Assembly: GCA_950097015.1 (NCBI GenBank)
Contig: CATNEN010000025.1
Location: 7,998,001 to 8,062,000 of the forward strand
Reading direction: 5' to 3'
Origin: Macrostomum hystrix
Taxonomy: Eukaryota > Animalia > Platyhelminthes
Length of the DNA: 64,000 nucleotides
Shown here: in pieces, positions 61,101 to 64,000 of the stretch
Numbering within the stretch: position 1 is the first letter of the stretch
Layout: each line of letters starts with the position of its first letter
Made by a program: the position numbers and the translations under genes
The notes under the pieces: model-generated
Seen by the model: only the letters and a program-made list of their open reading frames with translations
What the model was told of the DNA's origin: nothing
Database searches by the model: none

Positions 61101-61845
61101 GACAATGCTCCTGCTGCGATTCTTGACAATTCTCCTGCTGCGATTCTAGACAATGCTCCTGCTGCGATTCTAGACAATACTCCTGCTGCGATTCTAGACA
61201 ATACTCCTGCTGCGATTCTAGACAATACTCCTGCTGCGATTCTAGACAATACTCTTGCTGCGATTCTAGACAATTACTCCTGCTGCGATTCTTGACAATA
61301 CTCCTGCTGCGATTCTAGACAATACTCCTGCTGCGATTCTAGCTAATGCTCCTGCTGCGATTCTAGACAATTCTCCTGATACGATTCTAGACAATACTCC
61401 TGCTGCGATTCTTGACAATACTCTTGCTGCGATTCTAGACAATTCTCCTGCTGCGATTCTAGACAATGCTCCTGCTGCGATTCTTGACAATTCTCCTGCT
61501 GCGATTCTTGACAATACTCCTGCTGCGATTCTTGACAATACTCATGCTGCGATTCTAGACAATACTCATGCTGCGATTCTAGACAATACTCCTGCTGCGA
61601 TTCTTGACAATACTCCTGCTGCGATTCTAGACAATACTCCTGCTGCGATTCTAGACAATACTCCTGCTGCGATTCTAGACAATGCTCCTGCTGCGATTCT
61701 AGACAATACTCCTGCTGCGATTCTAGACAATTCTCCTGCTGCGATTCTAGACAATTCTCCTGCTGCGATTCTAGACAATACTCCTGCTGCGATTCTAGAC
61801 AATACTCCTGCTGCGATTCTAGACAATACTCCTGCTACGATTCTA
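58130..61845. repeat. 3.7-kb 24-bp satellite (TGCTGCGATTCTAGACAATACTCC) with local 96-bp higher-order units
   Basis: Period 24; 96-bp period at 58201, 58297 and 58393. Confidence 0.95.
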
Positions 61846-61879
61846 TTTGGCTATCTGAATCATGAATTCTAAATATCTA

Positions 61880-62850
61880 GACAATAAGGATCCTGAATGT
61901 TTGGCTACGGATCCAGTAAATCTTACTGCGGTTCCGGAATATCTAGCTACCGATCCTGAATATCTAGCTACAGATCCTGAATATCTAGATACCGATCCTG
62001 AATATCTAGCTACGATCCTGAATATCTAGATACCGATCCTGAATATCTAGCAAAGATCCTGAATGTCTACTACAGATCCTGAATATCTAGCTACGATCCT
62101 GAATATCTAGCTGCGGATCCTGAATATCTAGCTGCGGATCCTGAATATCTAGCTACGGATCCTGAATATCTAGCTACAGCTCATGAATATCTAGCTACAG
62201 CTCATGAATATCTAGCTACAGCTCATTAATATCTAGCTACGGATCCTGAATATCTAGCTACAGCTCATGAATATCTAGCTACAGCTCATGAATATCTAGC
62301 TACAGCTCATGAATATCTAGCTACGGATCCTGAATATCTAGCTACGATCCTGAATATCTTGCTGCGGATCCTGAATATCTTGATAAATATCCTGAATATC
62401 TAGCAAAGATCCTGAATGTCTAGCTACGGATCCTGAGTATCTAGCTACAGATCCTGAATATCTAGCTACAGCTCATGAATATCTAGCTACAGCTCATGAA
62501 TATCTAGCTACAGCTCAATAATATCTAGCTACGGATCCTGAATATCTAGCTACAGCTCATGAATATCTAGCTACAGCTCATGAATATCTAGCTACAGCTC
62601 ATTAATATCTAGCTACGGATCCTGAATATCTAGCTACAGCTCATGAATATCTAGCTACAGCTCATGAATATCTAGCTACAGCTCATGAATATCTAGCTAC
62701 GGATCCTGAATATCTAGCTACGATCCTGAATATCTTGCTGCGGATCCTAAATATCTTGATAAATATCCTGAATATCTAGCAAAGATCCTGAATATCTAGC
62801 TACAGATCCTGAGTATCTAGCTACAGATCCTGAATATCTACTACAGATCC
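61880..62850. repeat. 21-bp minisatellite (GATCCTGAATATCTAGCTACA / GCTCATGAATATCTAGCTACA)
   Basis: About 45 units. Confidence 0.92.
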
Positions 62851-63429
62851 TAAAGCAGTCTAAAGCAGTCGATACGGGGTTTATTTAAGAGAGAGAATTC
62901 AGAAGATGGTCGAGTGCAACCATCCGCAATGCTTAAACCGGAAGAATTTCGGATCGCGTCACACAAGACTTCGCTTGAACTGCTGCTTGACAACTGAGGA
63001 AGGCCATAGGAGGGGAGAGAGAGTTGGAAATAAGAGAAGTAGAAATGAAACTTATTTTACGGCACACACTCTTCGCCTACCGTTAAAGTGGAATTTCGTT
63101 TCTTGCCGCTTAATCAGACACAAGCTGAGACTTTATACTCAGTGAGGTAGTGAATGAGGGAGGTTGACACAGCGAACGCTATAGGTGGACATTCGACCAA
63201 GGGTTTCACGCCTCGCTGACTCTTAGATAGGTGGTTTCGAGGTGGTGGACATCTCGAGTTTGGGATTTTATGTTGTAGATCGAATATTTCTGCCTGCGTG
63301 TGTGAGAGATAAAGTTATTTTGCTTTGTGAAACTAAAAAATTGTTAACTTTTTCCTGGAAATACTGTATGATCAATCGCGTCTTGGAAATCATACGAATC
63401 TACGTAACCAGTGCGTAACCATTACCTTT

Positions 63430-63850
63430 AATAGGAATCCAGAGAGAATCCACATAGGAAATCCCATCCGGGGAATCCCTGTAGATAATCCTATGTAGGT
63501 AATCCCTATAGGGGATACTATATAGAGAATCCCAATTGCGGCTCCCTTATAACAAATTTATATAGGGAATCCCAATAAATATCACATATGGGGAATCCCT
63601 AAAAATATGATATATGGGGAATCCCTATAAATATCACATATGGGGAATCCCTATAAATATGATATATGGGAATCCCAGTAAATATCACATATGGGGAATC
63701 CCTATAAATATGATATATGGGGAATCCCTATAAATATGATACATGGGGAATCCCTATAGAGATCATCTATGGGGAATCCCCATAGGGAATATCAGATAGG
63801 GAATTCCAGATAGGGAATACCAGATGGGGAATACCAGATGGGGATTCCTT
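63430..63850. repeat. About 26-bp minisatellite with a GGGGAATCCC core
   Basis: TATGGGGAATCCCTATAAATATGATA variants. Confidence 0.85.
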
Positions 63851-64000
63851 TTAGAGCGGGTGCAATCTCAAACTCAATTTCACTTCACGCAACGGCAAGT
63901 GATACCACTGGTATCAAAGTAATCTCAAAAGTGTGAGAAGTTATCAGTATGGCATGCTTCGTTGGCAAACTTTGCATATCATGAAACACTTCTCCACCAA

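Noticed and set aside
57914-61826. 575-aa and 542-aa ORFs of (AGVLSRIA)n as a repetitive protein
   Set aside because: They are translations of a stop-free 24-bp satellite with alternative start codons, no unique domains or splice context, and a frameshift at about 61270.
62925-62990. Possible small GPCR exon (LSSSSSSEVLCDAIRNSS, phase-compatible donor)
   Set aside because: No convincing similarity to the class C ligand-binding domain; AG/GT pairs of this kind occur by chance.

Overview
Eukaryotic (animal) genomic DNA, not prokaryotic. It has GC-rich spliced exons, GT-AG introns packed with minisatellites, and tightly spaced same-strand genes. That pattern suggests a free-living flatworm such as Macrostomum, but this is inference only. 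Four multi-exon genes and one partial gene are on the minus strand: a divergent WNK-like kinase (runs off the left edge), V-ATPase subunit H, serine palmitoyltransferase subunit 1, XPD/ERCC2 helicase, and the 3' half of a metabotropic glutamate-type class C GPCR. One single-exon R9AP/R7BP-like gene is on the plus strand. Mobile elements: an intact, very young Ty3/Gypsy LTR element (identical 231-bp LTRs, 5-bp TSD) inside a WNK intron, two hAT-type MITE families with 8-bp TSDs, and a tRNA-derived CORE-like SINE in four copies. About 30 distinct tandem arrays are present. The most notable observations are: (1) a hAT MITE carrying a 16-bp minisatellite whose array is longer in the more decayed copies; (2) a WNK first exon with no ATG whose acceptor is in frame for a spliced-leader AUG, just downstream of ATP6V1H (candidate operon); (3) nearly every intron holding its own private minisatellite, some with higher-order structure or anchored on splice sites. 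All exon and repeat coordinates were read by eye; array ends are approximate.
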